Part shown: positions 55,608-64,000 of the stretch, in pieces
Numbering within the stretch: the stretch's first letter is position 1
How the letters are laid out: each line of letters starts with the position of its first letter
Source: Desulfatiglandales bacterium
GTDB lineage: Bacteria > Desulfobacterota > DSM-4660 > Desulfatiglandales > Desulfatiglandaceae
Direction of reading: 5' to 3'
Assembly: GCA_963662465.1 (NCBI GenBank)
Contig: OY759599.1
Coordinates: 3,296,001-3,360,000, forward strand
DNA length: 64,000 nt
Notes under the pieces: model-generated
Database searches by the model: none
Told to the model about the DNA's origin: nothing
The model's input: only the letters and a program-made list of their open reading frames with translations
Position numbers and translations under genes: made by a program

Positions 55608-55988
55608 ATGGTAAATATTGACAAACATATTTTGTATTGGAAAAGCGGCGCAGAAGAAGATTTTCAAGTGGCAGATCAGCTTATCAGGTCCGGCAAAACC
55701 CGTCACGGACTTTTCTTTCTTCATCTAACACTTGAGAAAATTCTCAAAGCCCATGTTTGCCGCAACAGTAGGGATATCGCTCCAAGACTACACAATCTTG
55801 CAAGACTTTCAGAATTGACTGGAATTGTCTTCAAACAGGAAGATTCGGATTTTCTTGCAGAAATGAATCCGTTCAACATTGAGGGACGTTATCCCGAAAT
55901 GTGGGGACCTGTTCCGTCCCGCGAGGAAGCGGACACGCTACTGCTAAAATCAGGAGGGATATTCGAATGGCTCAAGAATCAATTATAA
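55608..55988 (+). CDS. HEPN-domain protein
   Basis: LFFLHLTLEKILKA...HNLARL...EGRYP. Confidence 0.85.
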   Translation: MVNIDKHILYWKSGAEEDFQVADQLIRSGKTRHGLFFLHLTLEKILKAHVCRNSRDIAPRLHNLARLSELTGIVFKQEDSDFLAEMNPFNIEGRYPEMWGPVPSREEADTLLLKSGGIFEWLKNQL

Positions 55989-56290
55989 AATCAATCAGGA
56001 AATATCTGAACGAACTTCAACGGCTTGGCGTCCCAATCAAATTCGGCATTTTGTTCGGTTCACACGCTCGCAAAGACACAAACAAATGGAGTGACATAGA
56101 TTTGTTAGTAGTGTCACCTCGATATGATGAATCTTACAACCGAGAAGATATCAATATGCTTTGGCGGACCGCAGCCCGCACAGACAACCGGATAGAACCC
56201 GTCCCCGTAGGTCTTCACCGGTGGGAAACGGACGACGAAAGTACAATCATCGAAGCAGCACGACGCGAGGGAATACTGGTAAACGCATAA
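55967..56290 (+). CDS. Minimal nucleotidyltransferase (MNT)
   Basis: LFGSHAR...WSDIDLLVVS. Confidence 0.85.
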   Translation: MAQESIIKSIRKYLNELQRLGVPIKFGILFGSHARKDTNKWSDIDLLVVSPRYDESYNREDINMLWRTAARTDNRIEPVPVGLHRWETDDESTIIEAARREGILVNA

Positions 56291-56350
56291 GATATGACAA
56301 AAAACCACATGCTATTGAAAATAAGCATCCAAACTTACCCTATAGCGGTT

Positions 56351-57176
56351 ATAGGGATAGGGAGGAGCCTCACAGCTCCCCCCTCCCACCACCGTACATA
56401 CGGGTCCGTATACGGCGATTCGGCTGGTCAGAGCAGGCAAGGATAAAACAGGTTCCGCCCTACCGGGTTTTCCAGAATGCGACGTTATCGACCTTTCAGC
56501 TACTGCTGCATTAGACCAATAAGTACACGTTCTTTGACAACCACAACCATTTACCCCTGCCATTCGGCAGGTGGCACCGTTCGGGCCTTCACCGGAGTGA
56601 GGCCTCCCTTTATTCAGGGCTCGTTTCTCCGGCTTAATATGCCCTCTGCTGACTCCCGTTACGCGGTGGGCTCCCCTTTCGGTTCGCTCACTCGTAGTTT
56701 CCGCAATCTGTCGAGTCCATTTGTTTGTGTTTCCCGACCAATAGGCCGGGCTCGTCAGGGCTATGACTCGAAATGTTCCTGACGCCAGGGTTTTGTTTTA
56801 CCGGTTTTCCCTTATATTCCGGTAGATTTCAGTTGCAGTTCCCTACGAGACGCAACGGGCCTCCCGGGGTAAACACGTGTCTTTCCGCACACGAGCGCCG
56901 ACAACGTGCCTGGCCTATAGTAGTTAGAGGACTTTGTTCTGTGTTGCGGACTCGTCCCACCAGACCCGCCTCACTCGATTTCTGTTCGTCGCCCCGTGCG
57001 TTCGCGGTACCCTGCCGAAGCAAGGTCACTGCCTTCCCAGGCACCGTTACCGAATACCCGGTTGTGATACCGCTACACCCTTCGCCACTACCTGGCTGGG
57101 TCTGGGACTTGCGTAACATATCGGAAGCATGATATATTACGCGCACCCTTAAGAACACGTGCCGTGCCCGGCACAC
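56351..57176 (-). mobile_element. ORF-less group IIC-attC intron C2 (826 nt)
   Basis: Uninterrupted copy of C1; removing it restores ggtt|aaccaaacg. Confidence 0.9.
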
Positions 57177-57257
57177 AACCAAACGCTCCACCAGACGCCT
57201 GATAGTCCGGCGGTTCCGGCGAGGGCTGGCAGAGGCGCTGGTGAGCTTACCGTTGGC
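57177..57257 (+). repeat. attC-like site with an intron at each end
   Basis: AACcaaacgctccaccag...ctggtgagcttacc GTTggc. Confidence 0.85.
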
Positions 57258-58082
57258 TTGCGACACGGAGTCGCATAGTTTAAGTGTATTCATGTAGTTA
57301 CATGTATTACCCGGTATGTCCCTACCGGACCCTACGCAGGCATGCTGCCGTTGCGCTGATGACGGGGTGTGAAGCCCTGCGGACAACGTACCGAATTGGG
57401 TTTGAATGGCGACAGGAGAACCCCTCCGGGAATCCTCCCCGGTTAAGGGCCAGGGTCAGATGATATGGTGAAGGTATCTGAATGTCTTTAAGCGTCGATC
57501 ACAAGCGAAGGGCCTACGAGGATTAACAGGTCTTATGCCGCTGCCCAGTGTCAGCGGATGTGGTCAGGTTGCAGGTCTGCTAACTGCCTGCACGGAACTG
57601 TTGTACCACCGGCGTAGAGGGCGCACCTAAGTCATCCATTGGATCAACTATGTGGAACGTGGAAACCCGGTCCCGCCGCCCCTTTTGGGGGCAGGCTAAC
57701 CGTAAGGCATGCTGTTGGCGGGCCGGAGTAGGAGGCTGAAAAAAGCGAATGCCGGGCTGTAATGGTCCGGATACCGGGTGAAACATTCCCGGCTCCGTAA
57801 GGAGGCAAACGTTCAGCGTGGTGCCCGATCACGTGAACACCGGAGGAATCAGATGAAAGCGGGGAAAGCAGCCAGTGAAACGGGCGAATGACGGCCCTTG
57901 AGGCTGGTGCGCCCCGCGCGCCTTTGGCTACTCTGACAGCCGGCTTGTAACGTGAAGTAGATGCAAATCCGCGGGAATCCCAACCAGGGAAACCTTTTCG
58001 GGGGCTTGAGCCACGTGAGGTGAAAGTCTCATGCGTGGTTCTGAGGGGGGAATGGGACTGAGAGGTCCCTGACCTACCCGAT
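57258..58082 (+). mobile_element. ORF-less group II intron B4 with an alternative D6
   Basis: TTGCG start; ends gacctacccgAT. Confidence 0.9.
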
Positions 58083-58143
58083 CAGACCCGCTGGACAGCG
58101 GGGGAACTAACGTCGTAACTCCCAGTAAATAAAGGAGGTTTCA

Positions 58144-59319
58144 GTGGAAGCGACGATTCAGAGCATCTTTCTTATAGGCTATGCCCTCTATGATCAGACC
58201 CATCTTCTTCCGGAACATATTCGTGAAGCGGCACACCGTCTGATGAGTTGCCGCACATCTGCTCTGGGGGGTCACGTGCAGGCGTGCCCGGACGGTCACT
58301 TCAAAAGGCACTGGTACAACTCGTGTAAACATCGCATGTGCCCCCTCTGCGCTTTTACCCAGGTGAAACGTTGGCTGGCAAAACAAAAGGCTCGCATCTT
58401 AAACACCGAACATTTCCATGTTATTTTCACCATCTCCGATGAATTGCACGACTTATGGCGGTTGAACCGCAAGCTTATGGGCAATCTGCTGTTCAAAAGC
58501 GCCACTGAAACCCTTTCCGAACTCCTTGGAGATCCGAAGCATTTGGGGGGCAAAGTCGGCATCATCGCCTCACTGCATACCTGGAGCCGAAAACTGGACT
58601 TTCATCCGCATCTGCATTGTCTGGTAACGGCCGGTGGGCTGATCGCCGGCGAGTGGATCGCTTCATCAAAAAAATTCCTTTTGCCCTTTGGCATCGTCCG
58701 GGCGGTATTTCGAGGCAAGTACCTCTACTATTTGAGAAAAGCCCTGGATCGGAACGAACTGGTTCTGCCCGAGGGCATGGGGCCTCAGCAGGCCCGGAAC
58801 CTCTTCAATAAACTGGGCCGCCGCAAAAAATGGAACGTCAAGCTCAAAGAGACCTATTCATACGGTGAAGGCGTGTTGATTTACCTGGCGCGTTACTTGA
58901 GAGGCGGAGCAATTTCAAACAAACGCATCTACAGCATTGAAAACGGGAACGTGACCTTCAATTACGGTCGTGAGAAGGTAAAACTCATCTCCCTGCCGAT
59001 TCAAACCTTTATCAGCCGCTATCTGCAACACGTCCCCCTAGCAAATACCGTGATGGTGCGTTCATACGAACTCTATCATCACAGCTCAAAAGAAGAACTG
59101 GCACTCTGCCGGGAAATACTGGGTCAACCGCCTCTTGAAGATACGGAATTTCTGGATTGGCAGACCTTGTGGCAACAGCGAAGCGATGAGCAACCGGACC
59201 GTTGCCCTGTTTGTGGGAAGTGCCTCATAACTCTGGAAATATTGACGCCGGTCAAAAAGTTAAGAGAGCTTCCGAGGTTCAATAAAGTCCATGACATGAT
59301 ACATGCCCAAGCAGCATAG
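58144..59319 (+). CDS. IS91-family transposase
   Basis: Diverged paralogue of 43738; same motifs; GGAGG RBS. Confidence 0.9.
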   Translation: MEATIQSIFLIGYALYDQTHLLPEHIREAAHRLMSCRTSALGGHVQACPDGHFKRHWYNSCKHRMCPLCAFTQVKRWLAKQKARILNTEHFHVIFTISDELHDLWRLNRKLMGNLLFKSATETLSELLGDPKHLGGKVGIIASLHTWSRKLDFHPHLHCLVTAGGLIAGEWIASSKKFLLPFGIVRAVFRGKYLYYLRKALDRNELVLPEGMGPQQARNLFNKLGRRKKWNVKLKETYSYGEGVLIYLARYLRGGAISNKRIYSIENGNVTFNYGREKVKLISLPIQTFISRYLQHVPLANTVMVRSYELYHHSSKEELALCREILGQPPLEDTEFLDWQTLWQQRSDEQPDRCPVCGKCLITLEILTPVKKLRELPRFNKVHDMIHAQAA

Positions 59320-59342
59320 ATTAAGCATGCGCAGTCGAAAGG

Positions 59343-59446
59343 CAGGGCAAATTTGTTCTATTTGTAAACCTTTGATATCAAAACCTTATGAAGGACACAT
59401 CAATTCAAACAAATCAATGGATTAGCGTTAGAACAAATTCACCGTG
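59343..59446 (+). mobile_element. 104-bp MITE, copy 2
   Basis: Reverse complement of 12914-13017; 10-bp TSD agtcgaaagg. Confidence 0.9.
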
Positions 59447-60105
59447 AGTCGAAAGGTCTTTAGTCGAGTGAAAGGTTTTTGATGTCGAGGTGTTTGGTAA
59501 ACTGCCTAATAACACGATATTTTGGCATTTTTAGCGGGACCATGCGATCAAAAAAAGAAATTTTATCATTTTTAACTGGCTTAGACCGGAATGATGGGTC
59601 AAAAAGAAGTCATGCGGTAGCTGCAAAGATCGTTTAATCTCCATAGCGGCGATCCTGCTCCCATTAACCTATGTGCGTGTGACTCGCGGGTCTGTCCAAC
59701 CAGCCGTTGAACGAAGCTTCGCAAACGCCAAAGCGGTAAAAAGTTTAGTGCTAACAAACCAGTTAAGTTGTTGCGGTTATTGGCATTATGTTGCTAAATC
59801 CAAAAAAAACAGCGGAAAGCAATCTCTAACAGCAAGTAGTGTGCCAAAACGACAACCATGTTCAACCAATGGTTCAAGTCTGATATTTTTCGTCCCAAAA
59901 ATTGCATTTGAGATTTTGTCGCCGTTTTTTACGTTGGGAGGGCAGCAATTTTTGGGCCGAAAAATTACAGCTTAACTCAATGTTATGCCTCCCCAAAAAT
60001 CAGTAAGGAGTTGAAACGAAATGCAAAATCGGGGAGCTGAATAGAAAAGCGGTTTGGGGCTATTTCGGCGACAATCTAAACGAATATTTTTGAGGAGAAA
60101 ATAAA

Positions 60106-60561
60106 ATGCAAATAAGAATCAAACTTTTTTGTTTTATGATGGCGATGTTTGCATCTATGAGTTTTATCGTTTTGACGTCAGCATTAGCAGATTCGACTAC
60201 TGTCACAAGCACTGGCATTAAATTTCCCGATGGGACAACACAAACGACCGCAGCCTCTGGAGGAGCTTCATCATTCTGGTCGCAATCAGGCAGCAATATT
60301 TACTATAACAGCGGCAACGTAGGCATCGGCACGACGAGTCCGGAAACAATGATGCATATTAAAGACGAAATAAATAATCCGATTGTTTTTGTTGATGCTC
60401 GGCCGAGTGGGAGCAATGATGCAATGATTACATTTCACACTGGCGGTCGTGCTGTATCTATGGGGCTTGAAGATGGGGGCGAGGGTGAGACCTTATTTCA
60501 TATAACTAATGGCGATAGAAATTTGGATAATGATGTATTCTTGTTAACTATTTGTCAATGA
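60106..60561 (+). CDS. Secreted fibre/surface protein, probably truncated
   Basis: Signal peptide; GIKFPDGTTQTTA and GNVGIGTTSP motifs. Confidence 0.55.
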   Translation: MQIRIKLFCFMMAMFASMSFIVLTSALADSTTVTSTGIKFPDGTTQTTAASGGASSFWSQSGSNIYYNSGNVGIGTTSPETMMHIKDEINNPIVFVDARPSGSNDAMITFHTGGRAVSMGLEDGGEGETLFHITNGDRNLDNDVFLLTICQ

Positions 60562-61831
60562 AGTTGAAGAGGACCTCTGCCTGGGCCGTCACATCCATAT
60601 AGCAGTACCAGTAGGCCGTATCGTTATGGACTTTCATACGGCCTTCTTCATCCAGCGAGAATTCAACCATCGGCATGAGTGGCCTTGAAAAGGCCTCCAG
60701 GGAACCATCATAGTCTACAGGGTTTTTCAGCATGGTCGCTGAAATCGGAAACATAATAATGCCTTCAGGTGTAAAGCCTCTTCGTGCAAGAATTTATGGA
60801 CCAGGAATCGGTGGATTCGGCCGTTGCCGTCTTCAAAAGGGTGCAAAAAAAACAAATCCATAGGCGATGGCAGCGGCATGGATAACCGGGGACACATCGC
60901 CTGTATCCATCCGCTGATGGCCGACAATCAGACCGTCCATCAGGTCTGGGAAATCTTCAGGCTTCGGACAAACAAAATGAATTCTTTCGTTTTGCCATGC
61001 AACCGTTTCGCCGACATAGTTCTGTGTTACACGGTAATCGGGATCCTGAAACCGAGGGTCCGCGATCCGGTTTTGAACCTCAATCAGTTTCGGTTTCTCG
61101 CAGAAGTCTTCACGCTCAGCCGATTGAAGCAGTGCCACAAAGCGCTCGGTCCGCTGCGGCGTGGGCTTGGCATGTTCGATTTCAAAAGAGGATTTTGTCT
61201 CCTTTGTGTAGAGATAGCCAAGTGCCCGTCTTAGTAATTGGGGGGAGTATCCCGAGATCACCTGGCTTCATCGGCCGGACAGATCGTTCCTTTCGAACTC
61301 CCACAAAGTATAACTGCGCCTGACCATGGGGCAGAACCGGCGATTGCCCAACAAATTATCGTTTATCCTCTGCCGTCGAACCTGGCGGGCCGGTGCAACC
61401 GTGTAGTATTCATCTGCTTCGAGCAGATTGATGTAGTTGCCGCGCTTCAGGTCGCTCAGTGGCAATTTCTTCCCTGTAAGGAATTCGTACAGATACCAGA
61501 CTCGCCTGGCATACTTTCCGGTCGGCTTGGACCGAACATAATCAAGGATATCCTCTTCCGGAATGTTTTGAAACAAAGTGGCCAGTATCGCGAGGTTTGT
61601 AGCATCGTATTTGAATGCAAATTCAAGATGATGGCCGGTTTTGTCCCCGGGCCAGTATCTGGGCGGGTAAATCTCTATAACGACACCCGCTCTCGATTCG
61701 ACACGGTGAATCCCGCTGGCCGTCACCAGGGATCTGTGCCGGTTCGGGATAACATCCAGGTTGTAATCCTCAATGAGGGCGGCATAGCCCGCAAGTCTGT
61801 AGGTGGTTATATTTCCGGCGGTATCGGACAT
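60548..61831 (-). pseudogene. Fic-family protein, frameshifted and truncated
   Basis: HPFEDGNGRIHR motif; the gene is split over four ORF fragments. Confidence 0.8.
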
Positions 61832-61945
61832 GGCCCCTTCTGGAAAAACGATGATGGTCCTGGATTTTCTATTATTTTTGAGAGAGCGTCAAGCAAAACA
61901 GTTACACATCTGGCGATTTGCTTACACCGGGAACAGAGTTCCTGA

Positions 61946-63550
61946 TCATTTATGACGCCCACGGCCAAACATGGCGGCAACCGCTGAAATTTCCCGGCAT
62001 CCCAAAACACGGGCAACCAAAAAATACACCACAATTCCAATGATCACAAGGGCTGAAAGGCTTGTAATTTTTTCTGAAAGGCCGCTCGCGGCAGTTGTGT
62101 AAAACCATTGGGCGCGGCAATAAAAAAGAATCAGCCCCATCACCAGGCTGGCTGAAACCGATTTTAAGAAGGACTTTAAAACGGGTGCAAGATTATTTAG
62201 AAATTTCTTTTTTCTGAGAAAAACGACCAAACACACAAATTGAACGGTCGATGCTATCGATAACGCCAATGCAAGTCCCGCATGTTTCAAGGGACCCATG
62301 AGCAGCAGACTCGAAATCACGTTCACGCCCAGCGCAATAAAGGCGACCTTGACCGGTGTTTTCGTATCCTGGAGGGCGTAAAATGCGGAGAGTAACACCC
62401 GCATGCCGGAAAAGGCCCAGAGGCCCGCGGTGTAACAAGCCAGGGCATCCGTTGTCATGGCCGAAGATTCAGCGCCAAAGGCGCCCCGTTGAAACAGCAG
62501 CTCGACAATGGGCCTTCCCAATATGAGCAGACCGACCGTAGACGGCAGCGTAATGAAAAACACAAGACATAAGGCGTGGTTCAGCGTTCCCTGAAACTGA
62601 GGATGGTTTTTCAAGGCCGCATCGGCGGCAAGAGATGGCAGGGCGGCCGTGGCGATGGCAATGGCAAAAATGCCCAAAGGGAACTGAACCAGCCGGTCCG
62701 CGTAATAGAGCCAGGAAATACTCCCTTCCGGAAGAAATGAGGCCAGGAGGGTTCCCACAAACTGGTTGAGCTGATACACGGCCGACCCAAAAACAGCCGG
62801 GAGCATTAACCGCCCTATTCGTCTTACCGCCGGATGAAGCGGTTTCCATTTTGGAAAAAGCCTCAAACCCGCGCCAAAAATCCATGGCAGCTGCAATGCC
62901 GCCTGCAGAGCGCCTCCCAGGATAACCCCCATTGCTACCCCGACAATGGGTTCAACACAGTGGGGAGAAATAAAACAGGCAGCGCCGATAATGCCCACAT
63001 TCAAAAAAATGGGCGCGGCGGCGGGGGCTGCAAAATGCCTCAGAGAATTGAGTACCCCCATAAAAAAAGCCACAATGCCGATAAAAAAAATGTAGGGGAA
63101 CGTAATTTGGGTGAGTAGAACCGTCAAATCATACTTGATGCCGGAACTTCCAAAACCAAAGGCCTGAATTTTTACAATCCACGGCGCAAACAGGATCCCT
63201 AAGATCGTGACAACCACCAGGATCAGGGAAAGAACCGTGAACACAATTCTGGCCAGTTCAAAAGCATCCGCCTTGCTTTTTAACGTTAAGTATTCCGTAA
63301 AAACAGGAATGAACGCAATGGTCAGGGATCCTTCCGCAAAAAGACGCCTCAACAGATTTGGAATGCGAAGGGCCACAAAGAAAGCATCGGCCGCCATACC
63401 CGACCCAAAAAAAGAGGCAAGCACCATATCGCGAACAAGCCCCAGGATTCGGCTCATGAGCGTAAAGAGCCCAATGACGCCGGCTGTGCCGCTGAGTGTT
63501 TTTGTCTGCAATTTATGCGATTGAGCTGACATCAAAAACCCTGAATGCAA
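61946..63550 (-). CDS. murJ: Lipid II flippase MurJ (MviN)
   Basis: SRILGLVRD, PNLLRRLFAEG, YADRLVQFPLG, FYALQDTKTP. Confidence 0.95.
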   Translation of the reverse strand: MHSGFLMSAQSHKLQTKTLSGTAGVIGLFTLMSRILGLVRDMVLASFFGSGMAADAFFVALRIPNLLRRLFAEGSLTIAFIPVFTEYLTLKSKADAFELARIVFTVLSLILVVVTILGILFAPWIVKIQAFGFGSSGIKYDLTVLLTQITFPYIFFIGIVAFFMGVLNSLRHFAAPAAAPIFLNVGIIGAACFISPHCVEPIVGVAMGVILGGALQAALQLPWIFGAGLRLFPKWKPLHPAVRRIGRLMLPAVFGSAVYQLNQFVGTLLASFLPEGSISWLYYADRLVQFPLGIFAIAIATAALPSLAADAALKNHPQFQGTLNHALCLVFFITLPSTVGLLILGRPIVELLFQRGAFGAESSAMTTDALACYTAGLWAFSGMRVLLSAFYALQDTKTPVKVAFIALGVNVISSLLLMGPLKHAGLALALSIASTVQFVCLVVFLRKKKFLNNLAPVLKSFLKSVSASLVMGLILFYCRAQWFYTTAASGLSEKITSLSALVIIGIVVYFLVARVLGCREISAVAAMFGRGRHK

Positions 63551-63557
63551 AAAAACC

Positions 63558-63585
63558 TTGACATATATAATAAATTTGCTATTAT
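63558..63585 (+). promoter_or_regulatory. Putative sigma70 promoter of rpsT
   Basis: TTGACA-16-TATTAT. Confidence 0.5.
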
Positions 63586-63673
63586 TTTTAGTTCAAAATA
63601 AACAGTTTGTTGTGAGTAAAAAAAATAAAAACCAACATCCTTTACCCCAAAAAACATTTCAAGGAGACTCAGC

Positions 63674-63949
63674 TTGGCGAACCATAAATCTGCCCTGAAG
63701 AGGGCGAAACAAAACGAAGTTCAGAGAATTCAGAACAAAGGGTACAAAACCAAGGTTAAAAAAGCTGTTAAAGAGGTCAGAACCGCTATCACTGAAAGCA
63801 CACCGACCCAAGCTGGAGAGACGCTTATCAAGGCCGTTTCCATTATCCAGAAAGCCGCTTCAAAGGGCGTTATTCACAAAAATCAGGCTGCGAGAAGAGT
63901 CTCCAGGCTAACACTTCAGGTCAACAAGCTGTCTGCCTCGGAATCCTGA
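63674..63949 (+). CDS. rpsT: 30S ribosomal protein S20
   Basis: MANHKSALKR...KGVIHKNQAARRVSRL; TTG start after AAGGAG. Confidence 0.97.
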   Translation: MANHKSALKRAKQNEVQRIQNKGYKTKVKKAVKEVRTAITESTPTQAGETLIKAVSIIQKAASKGVIHKNQAARRVSRLTLQVNKLSASES

Positions 63950-64000
63950 TTGGCGGGATTATAACGACAACACGAAATTTTCAAGAATCAGATGCGCCTG

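Noticed and set aside
1081..57257. Recurrent ~85-bp repeats as a CRISPR array or REP elements
   Set aside because: They are spaced by kb-size genes, variable in the middle and bounded by AAC...GTT boxes, and no cas genes are present; attC fits better.
1..64000. Integron integrase, attI, tRNA or rRNA
   Set aside because: No tyrosine recombinase ORF or structural RNA gene was recognised; intI, if present, would lie upstream of the window.

Overview
Bases ~1-60.5 kb look like the distal part of a large integron-type gene-cassette array on the + strand. It has at least 15 attC-like sites, and no intI is visible in the window. The array ends at core genes (Fic pseudogene, murJ, rpsT). Group II introns have colonised it heavily. 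(i) Eleven chloroplast-like (CL1-type, IIB) introns sit in the top strand at the attC R' box: six ~2.2-2.6 kb RT-encoding copies (three intact, three disrupted) and five ORF-less or ORF-deleted ~0.8-1 kb copies. Their predicted EBS1 loops (GCGAAC, GCTAAC, CTCGAAC) are complementary to the attC core. (ii) Two ORF-less IIC-attC introns sit in the bottom strand at R'', so two attC sites carry an intron at each end. The introns are themselves parasitised. A 3.2 kb large-serine-recombinase element integrates at a 13-bp core at the intron D5/D6 junction, and its DUF5372-like gene gains an RBS and start codon only on circularisation. A 325-bp element with dif/RIT-like sites, potentially excisable and invertible, sits in the RT PQGG motif. 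Other mobile DNA includes IS256/MULE-like IS elements, IS91-family transposases and a 104-bp MITE. Cassette cargo includes about 8 toxin-antitoxin modules, a PI-PLC lipoprotein, a caspase-domain protein, a FeeM-like/FAD-oxidase/methyltransferase operon and a PhcB-like methyltransferase, several with long C/G homopolymers. All family assignments come from motif recognition by eye, with no database searches.
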